DNA of 64,000 nt from NCBI GenBank assembly GCA_963770565.1, contig CAVYQE010000002.1, positions 352,001-416,000 of the forward strand, given 5' to 3'. Both the position numbers and the translations under genes were made by a program. The notes under the pieces were generated by a model that saw nothing but the letters and a program-made list of their open reading frames with translations, ran no database searches and had not been told where the DNA came from. Shown one piece after another: positions 1 through 15,200 of this stretch (position 1 is the stretch's first letter; each line of letters starts with the position of its first letter). Origin of the DNA: an uncultured Actinomycetota bacterium. GTDB lineage: Bacteria > Actinomycetota > Actinomycetes > JAFAQI01.

Positions 1-502
1 GCCGGCAGGTCACCCGCTCGGTCGGCGTCGGCAAGTTCTGCGGCGGCGCGCAGCGGACCACCGCAAGCATCCGTACGTCGAGCAGCTCCTGGCCGTCACC
101 GGCCGCCACGGAGGTCGGCAGCCGCGCCAGTCCCATTCGGTGCAGGGAAGCGAACAGCCAGTCCCCGCTGCGGTCACCGGTGAACACCCGCCCGGTCCGG
201 TTGCCACCATGCGCGGCCGGCGCAAGGCCGACCACCGCGATCCGCGCATCGGCCGGCCCCCAGCCGGTGATCGGCCGGCCCCAGTACGCCTCGCCGGAGA
301 ACGACGCACGCTTGGTCTCGGCAACCTGCTCTCGCCAGGCGACCAGCCGCGGGCAGGCTCGGCAGACCGAAATCACCGCGTCGAGCCCGTCGAGCGACCC
401 AGCCGCCCCAGCGAGGTCGACAACGTCGGCCGGGGTTTGCGCGACCGGCGTCCGCAGGTCGGCATGATCGCCGGGCCAACCCGATCCCGGCGCGACGACC
501 AC
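1..502 (-). CDS. udgB: Uracil-DNA glycosylase family 5 (UdgB), 3' end beyond the window
   Basis: Manual translation of a minus frame absent from the ORF track: [12 protein letters not shown]...[14 protein letters not shown]...[10 protein letters not shown]...[32 protein letters not shown]...[10 protein letters not shown]. Shows the family-5 [13 protein letters not shown] motif and Fe-S cysteines; GTG at 502. Confidence 0.9.
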   Translation of the reverse strand, partial: MVVAPGSGWPGDHADLRTPVAQTPADVVDLAGAAGSLDGLDAVISVCRACPRLVAWREQVAETKRASFSGEAYWGRPITGWGPADARIAVVGLAPAAHGGNRTGRVFTGDRSGDWLFASLHRMGLARLPTSVAAGDGQELLDVRMLAVVRCAPPQNLPTPTERVTCR

Positions 503-530
503 CCGGCCATCCCACCATCACGCCAGGTGG

Positions 531-932
531 TTAACGCGCTCGCACCTTGTTGTTACGGGCTTCATGCGTGAGCTCGGCCAGGCCGAGCGCCTCGAGCAAC
601 GGCGGCACGTACATCCCGAAGCGGCCGCGGTAACCCTTGCGCAGGCCGTACCAGCCACCGACCGGATTGGACTCCGACCGGCCCCAGGCCTCGACCGTTC
701 CGTCCGCCGCGGGCTTGTTCTCATCGGCCGCGCCGAGGTCGACCCAGTCGCCTTGGGCTTTCAACCAGGCATGCAGGTCCTCGATACACCGCGCCTGGTA
801 GCTCAGCTTGGTCGAGCCGACCTGGCAGATCAGCGCCGGCGGGTCGGCCGCGTCGTCGCGATACATCGTGTACTGAGAACTTCCTGGGGCTGTCGTCAGC
901 ACCCAGGGGTCGTCCTTGGTCCCGTCGCCCAC
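531..932 (-). CDS. Conserved small hypothetical protein (DUF6855-like)
   Basis: 133 aa protein-like ORF (GTKDDPWVLTTAPGSSQYTMYRD...WYGLRKGYRGRFGMYVPPLLEALGLAEL). Family name recalled from memory, not verified. Confidence 0.75.
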   Translation of the reverse strand: MGDGTKDDPWVLTTAPGSSQYTMYRDDAADPPALICQVGSTKLSYQARCIEDLHAWLKAQGDWVDLGAADENKPAADGTVEAWGRSESNPVGGWYGLRKGYRGRFGMYVPPLLEALGLAELTHEARNNKVRAR

Positions 933-1009
933 CCTTGCTCACCCCTTCGGCCGGACTCCGGCAAGGCTCCCATGTCGTTGCCGGGGTGTCGCGGGCGGAT
1001 GATGACGCG

Positions 1010-1720
1010 ATGAGCGACCGCGCCGCCGCGACCGCGGGACCGTGGCCCGCCTTGCTCGACGACCCGGCGCACGGCCCGCTGCCCGCCGCCTTGCTGATCC
1101 TCACGGTCGTCACTGGGCTGGTCGACGCCGTGAGCATCCTCGACCTGGGCCGGGTCTTCGTCGCCAACATGACCGGCAACGTCGTGTTCGTGGGATTCGC
1201 GCTGGCCGGCGCGCCTGGCTTCTCCCTTGCGGCGTCGCTGTCTGCCCTCGGCGGCTTCCTCGTGGGGGCCGCCGCGGCCGGCCGGCTGGTCGCTCAGCTG
1301 AAGGACAACCGGCCGGCCCTGATCCGGGCCGGACTCCTGGCCGAGTTCGCCCTGGCGGTCGTCGCCTTGACGATCTCCGTCGCCGAAGGGCGCCACCTCG
1401 CGGAAATGGCCCGGGATCTGATCGCCGCCGACCTCGCCATTGCGATGGGTTTGCAGAACGCGGTCGTCCGCGAGCTCAAGGTGCCGGACCTGACGACCAC
1501 GGTCCTCACGATGACCCTGACCGGGATTGCGGCCGAGATTCGGACCGCAGGGTCGAGCGTCGCGATCCGGCGGATTCTTGCGGTGCTCTGCATGCTCGGC
1601 GGCGCCGCGCTCGGCGCCGTACTGGTGATCCACGCCGAACCTGCCTGGGCACTTGCGGCAGCGACCGGGCTGATGGCGGCGGCACTGCTGCTGCTCGCCG
1701 TACGACGCGACTGGGCCTGA
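1010..1720 (+). CDS. YoaK/DUF1275 family membrane protein
   Basis: Motifs TGLVDAVS, VFVANMTGNVVF, AMGLQNA, TTTVLTMTLT; multiple hydrophobic helices. Confidence 0.9.
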   Translation: MSDRAAATAGPWPALLDDPAHGPLPAALLILTVVTGLVDAVSILDLGRVFVANMTGNVVFVGFALAGAPGFSLAASLSALGGFLVGAAAAGRLVAQLKDNRPALIRAGLLAEFALAVVALTISVAEGRHLAEMARDLIAADLAIAMGLQNAVVRELKVPDLTTTVLTMTLTGIAAEIRTAGSSVAIRRILAVLCMLGGAALGAVLVIHAEPAWALAAATGLMAAALLLLAVRRDWA

Positions 1721-1727
1721 GCAGCGG

Positions 1728-2072
1728 TCAGCCGTCGAGCCAGTGCAGGGTCGCGACCAGGCCACCGACCACCTCGACCGGGGCGGTCGGACCAATCGGA
1801 TCGGCGTCCTTGATCCTGATCTCGTAGCTGCCTTCATGCAGCGCGGAGAACACCGCCGCCCACACCGAGCCGCTCTGCAGTACCCGCTCCAGCACGGCCA
1901 CATGGGTGCCCGTCCACGGGTCACCGACCGCGCGGATCTCGATCTCCTCACCGGCCAGCGAGGCGGGCAGGTAGATCACCGCCGCGCCCACCTCGCCGCC
2001 GATGTCGAGGACCACCGTGCCGACGCCACTCGGCTCGGGCCGGGTCTCCACCGCGGCCACCGTCGCCGTCAT
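1728..2072 (-). CDS. Small beta-rich hypothetical protein translationally coupled to the DUF4331 gene
   Basis: 114 aa (VVLDIGGEVGAAVIY...EIEI...HVAVLER...AAVFSALHEGSYEI); its ATG overlaps the DUF4331 stop (ATGA, 2069-2072). Confidence 0.75.
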   Translation of the reverse strand: MTATVAAVETRPEPSGVGTVVLDIGGEVGAAVIYLPASLAGEEIEIRAVGDPWTGTHVAVLERVLQSGSVWAAVFSALHEGSYEIRIKDADPIGPTAPVEVVGGLVATLHWLDG

Positions 2073-3583
2073 CCGGTGCTCCCGGTCTGCGTCGCAGACG
2101 GGGTCGCGAAGCCGCTGTACGGCGTACCGAGGTAGGGGAATGCGGACAGGTAGTTCTCCGTGCCCATCGCTGAGTTGTCGGTTCCACTCGAGGTGAGGCC
2201 GAAGCTGACCGCACCGGCCGCGCCATCAGCGGTGTAGGCCCCGTCCACCAGGGGGATCGTCGCGCCGGCGATCGCGCGCAGCTCGATCGTCGCCACGTCG
2301 TCGAACACCCGACGGCCGTTCGGGAAGCCGGCCGGGTCGCCGCCGAGATAACCGAGGTTGTTGGCGCTGCCGGGATCGGTCGGCGGCTGCGCGACGTTGA
2401 GCCGCAGCTGATCGGCCAACGCAGTGCCGCCGACGTTGGTCGGCGGCGCACCGAGACCGGAGGTCACACTGTTCGGGATGCCGGACAGCAGGATCGCGAC
2501 CAGGTCGGGCCGCGCCGCGTTCGACTTGCTCGTCCCGTGGTGCGCCGCGTTGTAGGCCGCCAGGTTCGGGAAGACACCGGGGTAGAGCGACGGCAGCAGC
2601 TCGGCGAGCAACGGGTTGGCGAAGTACTTGAAGAACTCCGAGCCGTCGGAGGTGGGGGCAAGGTGGTTCCAGTAGTCCTTGTCCTCGATCGCGATGATCA
2701 CCTCGTTGACCAGCGGGTTACCCAGGCGCGAGACCTGGACGTGCGGGCCGGCTTCGACGTTCTCGCCGCGCCTGGCATCGTTGACGGTCACCTTGCGGCG
2801 GCTCGCGGTGGTCCAGATCCCGATCACCGCGTTCGACGCCGTCGTCGATGTCGGCGTCTTGCCGCCCGACACCAGCTCCTTGATCGGGACCTGCAACGCC
2901 AGCGAGTGGACATTGACGTTCGCGGTCGAGTTGACGCCGGGCATGTTTGCCAGCGCACTGCCGACGTGGGCATGTGCGAACGGCCGCAGGTCACCGAGGT
3001 CGAAGACGGCGCCGAGGTCGACGTAGAAGCCTTCCGCCCGCTGGCCGGCAAACACCGTTCCATGGTGGCCGTGTGCGTTGAACTTCTGGATCGCCGACGT
3101 GCCGCTGCTGGGCAGGTACGACGCGGCGTAGTCGGGCGTCGAAAGCGGTCCGACGTTGCACGGTGGGACGAGCAGGTCCGTGCCGAGCACCTTGAACGTC
3201 GCCGGGCCGTTCTTCGGGTAGTCGACGCGGGTCAGCGTGAAGGTCTGCTGACGGTTCCAGTTCGTGCCCGCAGTCCCGGGCGCCGACAGCGTGATCGGCC
3301 CGTCGTTGTAGAGGAATGACGACGGGATGTTGTTCACCGTCTTGAACTGGAAGTGATACGCCAGGTTGACCTTGCCGTCGCCGTCGTTGTCGACATTGAT
3401 GGCGTAGAGCACGTCGTCGGCGAACTCGTAGAAGTTCGGCCCGCCGTCGGGCCGCTGCGACGGAATGTAGTTGGCGATCAGGGTGACCGTCGACGGCTTG
3501 TCCGGGCTGACGAACGCGTACAGGTCGGTGCTGTCGGCGGTCGGGTCCTTCGAGATCTGCGGAGCTTCACGGTGCGACGACAT
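2069..3583 (-). CDS. DUF4331 domain protein without signal peptide
   Basis: MSSHREAP..DPTADSTDLYAF, GGPNFYEF, FAGQRAEGFYVDLG, QVSRLGNPLVNE, GFPNGRRVFDDV and FPYLG motifs; GAGGTG RBS. Confidence 0.9.
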   Translation of the reverse strand: MSSHREAPQISKDPTADSTDLYAFVSPDKPSTVTLIANYIPSQRPDGGPNFYEFADDVLYAINVDNDGDGKVNLAYHFQFKTVNNIPSSFLYNDGPITLSAPGTAGTNWNRQQTFTLTRVDYPKNGPATFKVLGTDLLVPPCNVGPLSTPDYAASYLPSSGTSAIQKFNAHGHHGTVFAGQRAEGFYVDLGAVFDLGDLRPFAHAHVGSALANMPGVNSTANVNVHSLALQVPIKELVSGGKTPTSTTASNAVIGIWTTASRRKVTVNDARRGENVEAGPHVQVSRLGNPLVNEVIIAIEDKDYWNHLAPTSDGSEFFKYFANPLLAELLPSLYPGVFPNLAAYNAAHHGTSKSNAARPDLVAILLSGIPNSVTSGLGAPPTNVGGTALADQLRLNVAQPPTDPGSANNLGYLGGDPAGFPNGRRVFDDVATIELRAIAGATIPLVDGAYTADGAAGAVSFGLTSSGTDNSAMGTENYLSAFPYLGTPYSGFATPSATQTGSTG

Positions 3584-3642
3584 TGCTCACCTCGGGCAGT
3601 TGTGCGGGTGGAATCCGCGGGGCAGGGAGATACGACGGTTGA

Positions 3643-3987
3643 TCACTTGGCAGCGTTGAAGAGTCGGGCAGCGAGACCCTTGTCGAGAATGCTGATCTCG
3701 CGGGTTCCGGAGTAGAGGCTCATCTCGCCGGTCTGAAGGTTCTTGACCTGCGCGACAAGTGGCTCGGCAAGCGTCGTTCCCGCGCCGATCTCGGACTCGG
3801 CGGCGGGCGCCTCGGTCTCCGCAGTAGTGACGACCGCGGGTAGCGCCGGCATGGCGCTCACGACGCCCGCCGCCACCACGGTCAGCGAGCCTCTGGTCAG
3901 GAAGAATCGGCGACTGAGCCCTGAGCGCTCCTTCGGCTCGGTCACGGCACTGTCCGGGCCGGCGGTACGACGCGCTATCCCGCGCAT
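3643..3987 (-). CDS. Small protein with twin-arginine (Tat) signal peptide
   Basis: GLSRRFFLTRGSLTVVAAGVVSAMPA matches S-R-R-x-F-L; the start could alternatively be GTG at 3944. Confidence 0.75.
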   Translation of the reverse strand: MRGIARRTAGPDSAVTEPKERSGLSRRFFLTRGSLTVVAAGVVSAMPALPAVVTTAETEAPAAESEIGAGTTLAEPLVAQVKNLQTGEMSLYSGTREISILDKGLAARLFNAAK

Positions 3988-3989
3988 GA

Positions 3990-5159
3990 TCAGGACACCG
4001 CGAGGATGTCGAGACTCGACATCGTCGAGTCAGCCGCGTACGCCGTACCGCCGCTCGCCGCGATACCAACCGGAGCGCCGGACAGGTTGTGGGTCGTGCG
4101 GTGGGCACACCCGCTGTGTTTCGCCGCGTTGCACGACGTCGCGTTGAACACGACCACCGCATCGCCGGCACCGGCCGCAACCGTGACCCGGCCGCTCGCA
4201 GTCAACGCGAGGCCATCGGCGCCGCTGAAGCCGGCGAGCCGGTGCGGAGTCTTGCTGCAGGTCGTTCGCTTGACGCTGTTGCAGGTCGCGGTGTTGAGGA
4301 CCGACACCGCGTTCATGCCGCTGTCGGCGACGTACAGGGTGTGCTCGGCGGTGTCGACCAGGAGCGCCTCCGGTGCGGTGCCGGCTCCGAGCCGGACAGC
4401 GTGCGGGTGCGCGGTGCAGCTTGCGCGGAGCTTCGAGCACACGGTGCGGTTGAGAGTCGAGACCGAGTTGCCGGAGACGTTCGCGACATACACGGTGTCT
4501 GCGGCAGCATCCACGGCGATCGCGACCGGCGCACCGCCCACCCATACTCTCCGGGTCTTCTTGCAGCCGCTCGTCTTCGTCGCGTTGCAGGCCGCGCCAC
4601 TGAAGATCAGCACGTGCTGGTCGCCGCTGTCCGCGACGAAGACCGCGTCGCTGTGGTGGGAGGTGTCCACGGCGACGGCGCTCGGCGCGATGAGACCGAG
4701 GCCGATGCCCTTCGGCGTTGCGGCGCAGCCGGCCTTGTGCACGGCGCTACAGGTTGCGGTGTTGATCATCTCGACGCCGCCGCTGTCGGCGTCGGCGACA
4801 TACACGGTGTGGTTCTTGGGGTCGAAGGCGAGCGCGGCAGGAGCTGCACCGTCCGGGAGATGGACGGCGGCAACGGCACCCGGGCAGTTCGTGCTCGCGA
4901 CCGGCATGCAGTGTGCGGTGTCGACCACCGCGATCTCGCTCGCCACCCCATCGGTCACCGCGACGTAGGCGGTGTGGGCCTGGTGGTCGATCACGACGGC
5001 GGTCGGCGGAAGCCCGACGCTCACCGGGTTGGCGCCCGGGTTCGCCCCGGCTACTCCAGCGCTCGACAGGGCCAGGACCGCGGCGCTGGGAAGGACGACC
5101 GCGGTCAGCGCGAACCGATGACGACGGCGGTGACGGGACGATCTGGTGACGCTGGGCAT
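3990..5159 (-). CDS. Secreted YncE/YVTN-like beta-propeller with Cys-pair loops
   Basis: Basic N-terminus plus hydrophobic signal; repeated PxxxAVD..xTVYVAdS..xVSV blades; ATG 5159 with GGAGG RBS. Confidence 0.8.
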   Translation of the reverse strand: MPSVTRSSRHRRRHRFALTAVVLPSAAVLALSSAGVAGANPGANPVSVGLPPTAVVIDHQAHTAYVAVTDGVASEIAVVDTAHCMPVASTNCPGAVAAVHLPDGAAPAALAFDPKNHTVYVADADSGGVEMINTATCSAVHKAGCAATPKGIGLGLIAPSAVAVDTSHHSDAVFVADSGDQHVLIFSGAACNATKTSGCKKTRRVWVGGAPVAIAVDAAADTVYVANVSGNSVSTLNRTVCSKLRASCTAHPHAVRLGAGTAPEALLVDTAEHTLYVADSGMNAVSVLNTATCNSVKRTTCSKTPHRLAGFSGADGLALTASGRVTVAAGAGDAVVVFNATSCNAAKHSGCAHRTTHNLSGAPVGIAASGGTAYAADSTMSSLDILAVS

Positions 5160-5264
5160 CGCAGCCTCCGGCCGACAGTGGGCTACCGGTACTTCAGACA
5201 CACCGGTGATTCGTGCCGGGCGGAGGTTTGGATCGAGGGCGGGAGCAAAAAGATGTCGAGCCGG

Positions 5265-6212
5265 CTAGTCGGGCCGGCCGGCCGATCCCTGGGCCGTACT
5301 GAAGGCGATCCCGTCGAGAATGTCGTGCTCGCTCGCAACGACGCTGTCGAAACCACCGCGACTCAGCACGGTGTCGAGGACCAAGGCGCCACCACCGATT
5401 ACGTCGACCCGGCCCGGATGCATGATCGGCATCGCGGCGCGCTCGGCTCGTGATGCCGAGAGCAATTGCGCGGTGACCTCGGTGACCTGTTCCGCGCCGA
5501 TCCGCGCATGGTGGATCTGGGTCGCGTCGTACTCCGCCAGGCCGAGCGCGATGCCGACCACGGTGGTCACCGAGCCGGCTAGACCGACCAGGGTCCGCGC
5601 CGCCTCGAACGGCACGGTCATCATGACGTCGTCGATTGCCCGGTTGATGTCGAGGCGGGCAGCCGCGACCTGCTCGGCGCTCGGCGGATCGTCGCGCAGG
5701 TGGCGTTCGGTCATCCGCACGCACCCGATGTCGACCGAGCGAGCCGCGTGCGGCCCGGTGTCGTCGCCGAGCACGAACTCCGTCGAGCCACCGCCGATGT
5801 CGACCACGAGGTACGGCGGCTCGACCGGTGAACCGCGTCGAAGCTCGCGGGTCGCGCCGTCGAAGGACAGCGCAGCCTCCTCGTCGCCCGACACGACCTC
5901 GGGCGCCACGCCGAGGCGATCGATGACACCGGTCACGAAGACGTCGCGGTTGGCCGCGTCGCGGGTTGCACTGGTCGCGACCATTCGCACCCGCTCGACC
6001 TCGTGCGACGCGATCACCGCCGCATAGTGGTCGAGCACTCCGAAGGTCCGGGCGAGGGCGGCATCCGAGAGCTGCCCGGTTCGGTCGACGCCTTCGCCGA
6101 GCCGCACGATCTCCATCCGGCGCACGACATCGACCAGGGTCGGGCCGTCGACGTCGGCGACCAGGAGCCGCAGCGAGTTCGTGCCGCAGTCAAGCGCGGC
6201 GACCCTGGTCAT
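5265..6212 (-). CDS. ppx2: Ppx/GppA exopolyphosphatase (Ppx2 type); C-terminal part of the ORF fused to DUF501
   Basis: MTRVAALDCGTNSLRLL, IVRLGEGVD, VATSATRDAAN, EEAALSFDG, VVDIGGGSTE, GCVRMTER, GRVDVIGGG, SEHDILDG. Confidence 0.92.
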   Translation of the reverse strand: MTRVAALDCGTNSLRLLVADVDGPTLVDVVRRMEIVRLGEGVDRTGQLSDAALARTFGVLDHYAAVIASHEVERVRMVATSATRDAANRDVFVTGVIDRLGVAPEVVSGDEEAALSFDGATRELRRGSPVEPPYLVVDIGGGSTEFVLGDDTGPHAARSVDIGCVRMTERHLRDDPPSAEQVAAARLDINRAIDDVMMTVPFEAARTLVGLAGSVTTVVGIALGLAEYDATQIHHARIGAEQVTEVTAQLLSASRAERAAMPIMHPGRVDVIGGGALVLDTVLSRGGFDSVVASEHDILDGIAFSTAQGSAGRPD

Positions 6213-6727
6213 GACGCCGACGGCGGCATCCGGCCCGGGCGACGCGACGCACGGACCACTGGCCGACCAGTTCGGGAGCAGCGCGAGTGCCTCATCACCC
6301 AGCGGGTTGACGCCCGGGCCGACCGCGAGGGAGTGCGCGACCAGCACGTGCAGGCACTTCACCCGCCGCGGCATGCCGCCGGCGCTCACCGTCGTACCGA
6401 GATCGGTGATGGCATTGCGACGAGCCAGGTAGTCCTCGTGCGCATCGTGGTAGCACGCTGCCAGGGACTCATCGGCCGCCAGCCGATCCGTCATCTCTCG
6501 CATCAGGCCGCTGGCTTCAAGTCGGCCGACCGCAGATCGTGCGATCGGGCAGGTCAAGTAGTAGAGCGTCGGGAACGGGGTGCCGTCCGCGAGCCGCGGC
6601 GAGGTTTCCACCACGTCCGGCCGCCCGCAGTCACAACGATGGGCGACGCGGCGGGTAGCTCGCGGTGGCCGGCCGAGCTGCGCGGCAACGATCTCGAGAT
6701 CGGCACCCGAGATGTCCGGGTTGCCGC

Positions 6728-6731
<4 letters not shown>
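6213..6731 (-). CDS. DUF501 family protein (Rv1025-like), read in frame into Ppx with no stop
   Basis: QLGRPPR..HRCDCGRPDVVETSPRLADGTPFPTLYYLTCP...GGMPRRVKCLHVLVAHSLA; GTG 6731 overlaps the divIC stop (GTGA). Confidence 0.88.
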
Positions 6732-9434
<2,703 letters not shown>

Positions 9435-9523
9435 GACCTGGCCCTCGACACCGCAGACTCCCTAGACACGTGGCATTGTTGAGCGCTCAGCATGCCATCG
9501 TCCAGGCTGGGGTCGCAGCCAAA

Positions 9524-10546
9524 TCAGGGAAGATCACCCGATTCCACCCGATCTCGGAAGGCGCGAGCTCGCGCTCTGAGTACGGCCTCCGGATCGATGT
9601 CGACGGCCCGCATGACCTGCACCGCTGTCCACAACAGGTCCCCTGCGGTCTCGGTCGACGGCGAGTGCTCGAAACGTTCCACAGCAACCAGCAGGGAAGC
9701 CTGGCTCCCCACGCCAACACCGAGTTCGATTCCGGCTGCCTTGCGCTGCAGCGTTGCCGCCAACGTCAGCGCCGGTGCGGTCAGCGGCACGCTCGACAGT
9801 GCGGAGGCGCCGCCCCGCTCGGCCGCCTTGATCGTCTCCCAGTTGGCGCTCACCGCCTCGGCCCCGTCGACGTCGGTGTCGGCGAACACATGCGGGTGCC
9901 TACGGACCAGCTTGTCCACCAGCCCGCCCGCGACGTCGTCGATCGACCAGCGCTCGCTCGGCGTCAGCTCCTCGGCCAGCCGGGCGTGAAAGGCGACCTG
10001 GAGCAGCACGTCGCCGAGCTCGTCCCGAAGCGCGGCCGAATCGTCGTCCTCGATCGCCTGGAACGCCTCGTACGCCTCTTCCAGCAGGTACGGCGCGAGG
10101 CTGCGGTGGTCCTGCTGGGCATCCCACGGGCAGCCGCCGGGCGAGCGCAACCGATCCATCGTCGCCACCACATCGAGCAACCTGGCACCGGGGAGGTCCC
10201 AGCTGCCGTCGATCCGCTCGATGACGAGCTCGGGCCGAATCGCGGTCAGGCCGAGGACGGCGGCGGCGATGTCGCCGGTCGGCGGGTGGTCGGTGTCAGG
10301 GCCGATCAGAAAGGTCGAGGTGCCGGTCTCGTCGGCCGCGGTCATCAGTTCCTGGGCGGCGGGCCCGGGCGACCCCGGCTGCGCGAGCGCACGCACCTCG
10401 AGCCCGCCGGCCGTGACGGCGGCCCCCAGCGGTGCCGCGGGATCGACTGCGTACACCGGCCCGGACTGCAGTGCCTGCCAGGCCGTGGGGCTCAGCAGAC
10501 CGACGGCGACCCGCGGGCTGGTTGCGAGCAGGACCAGCCGAGTCAC
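9524..10546 (-). CDS. mazG: MazG family nucleoside triphosphate pyrophosphohydrolase
   Basis: MDRLRSPGGCPWD..QDHRSL..YLLEEAYE, DELGDVLLQVAFH, KLVRRHPHVF; GTG 10546 overlaps the upstream stop. Confidence 0.92.
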   Translation of the reverse strand: MTRLVLLATSPRVAVGLLSPTAWQALQSGPVYAVDPAAPLGAAVTAGGLEVRALAQPGSPGPAAQELMTAADETGTSTFLIGPDTDHPPTGDIAAAVLGLTAIRPELVIERIDGSWDLPGARLLDVVATMDRLRSPGGCPWDAQQDHRSLAPYLLEEAYEAFQAIEDDDSAALRDELGDVLLQVAFHARLAEELTPSERWSIDDVAGGLVDKLVRRHPHVFADTDVDGAEAVSANWETIKAAERGGASALSSVPLTAPALTLAATLQRKAAGIELGVGVGSQASLLVAVERFEHSPSTETAGDLLWTAVQVMRAVDIDPEAVLRARARAFRDRVESGDLP

Positions 10547-11530
10547 CCGGTCGAGCTGGCCGTGGGGCTGGAGGAGCTCACCGAGCTGGTTGCCGCGACG
10601 ACCGCGTCGTTGGTGTTGTCCCAACGTCCGTAGCGCGGGCTGACGTGGACGCCGAGCTTGGTGGCCTCGGCGGAGATCGCCTTGGTCACCAGCGTGCTCG
10701 CCTGGCTGGAGAACAGCGCCGCCTTCAGCTGGGCGGTGACCTGCGACAGCGGCGTGGTCTTCCGCGAGATCATGTGGATCACCACGTATTCGGTGGTGCT
10801 GTGCGCGATCGCGAACGTGCCCGGGGTGACCGGTGCGGTCGAGCTGCCCAGCGCCTTCTGCAGCTGGCTCCGGCCGACGAACCCGACCAGGCCGCCGTTG
10901 GCCTTCGTGGTCGTGTCGATCGAGTACTTCTTGGCGAGCGCGCCAAACGTCGCCGGCTTCTTGCGCACCTTGGACAGGATCTCGTTCGCGAGCGCCTTGG
11001 TCTTCACCGAGATCTGCGCGATCTGCACCTGGTCGTACTGGTCGATGTCCTTCAGGTACTCCGCCTGCAGCTGAGCCGGCGTCGCGGTCATGGTCGCGAT
11101 GATCGCGGTGCTGAGCTTCTGCTCGAGCGCCGCGTAGCGGATGAATCCGGGCAGCTGGCTGGCGCTGACCCCGCCGGCCGCGGCCTGCTGCTGGAGCGCC
11201 GCGTAGCTGCCGGTCTGCTGGACGAAGGCGGCGGTCTGCGAGGTGATGTCCTGCTTGGTCACGGTCAGGTGCCGGTCGGCCGCGACCGCGTTGAGCAGGT
11301 CGACGTTGATCAGGTGGCCGAGCAGCTGCCGGGTGAAGGTGGCCCGGTTGAAGCCCTGTTGCGCGGCGAGCTTGCCGCCCGCAAGCGAGGCGTTGACCTG
11401 CGACTGAAGGGCGCCGGTCGTGATCCGCTGGCTGCCCACGACGGCGGCCGCGCCGGGGCTCGTGCTGCAGGCGGACAACACCGGGACACCGAGCACACCG
11501 ACCAGAGCCAGCGCCGCCAATCGCAAAGGT

Positions 11531-11538
<8 letters not shown>
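10543..11538 (-). CDS. SurA/PrsA-like peptidyl-prolyl isomerase lipoprotein
   Basis: Lipobox [15 protein letters not shown], parvulin-like [11 protein letters not shown]...NGGLVG, C-terminal [11 protein letters not shown]. Confidence 0.85.
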
Positions 11539-15086
<3,548 letters not shown>

Positions 15087-15200
15087 CAGTCTCCGAGCGC
15101 GCACCACTGAAAGGCCCGATCGGCGTTCGCCGGGGCCGATTCCCACGCTACTCGGCGGGGCGGACACACCCGACCGGTGCCGTTCGTCAGGGCGGCGAGC

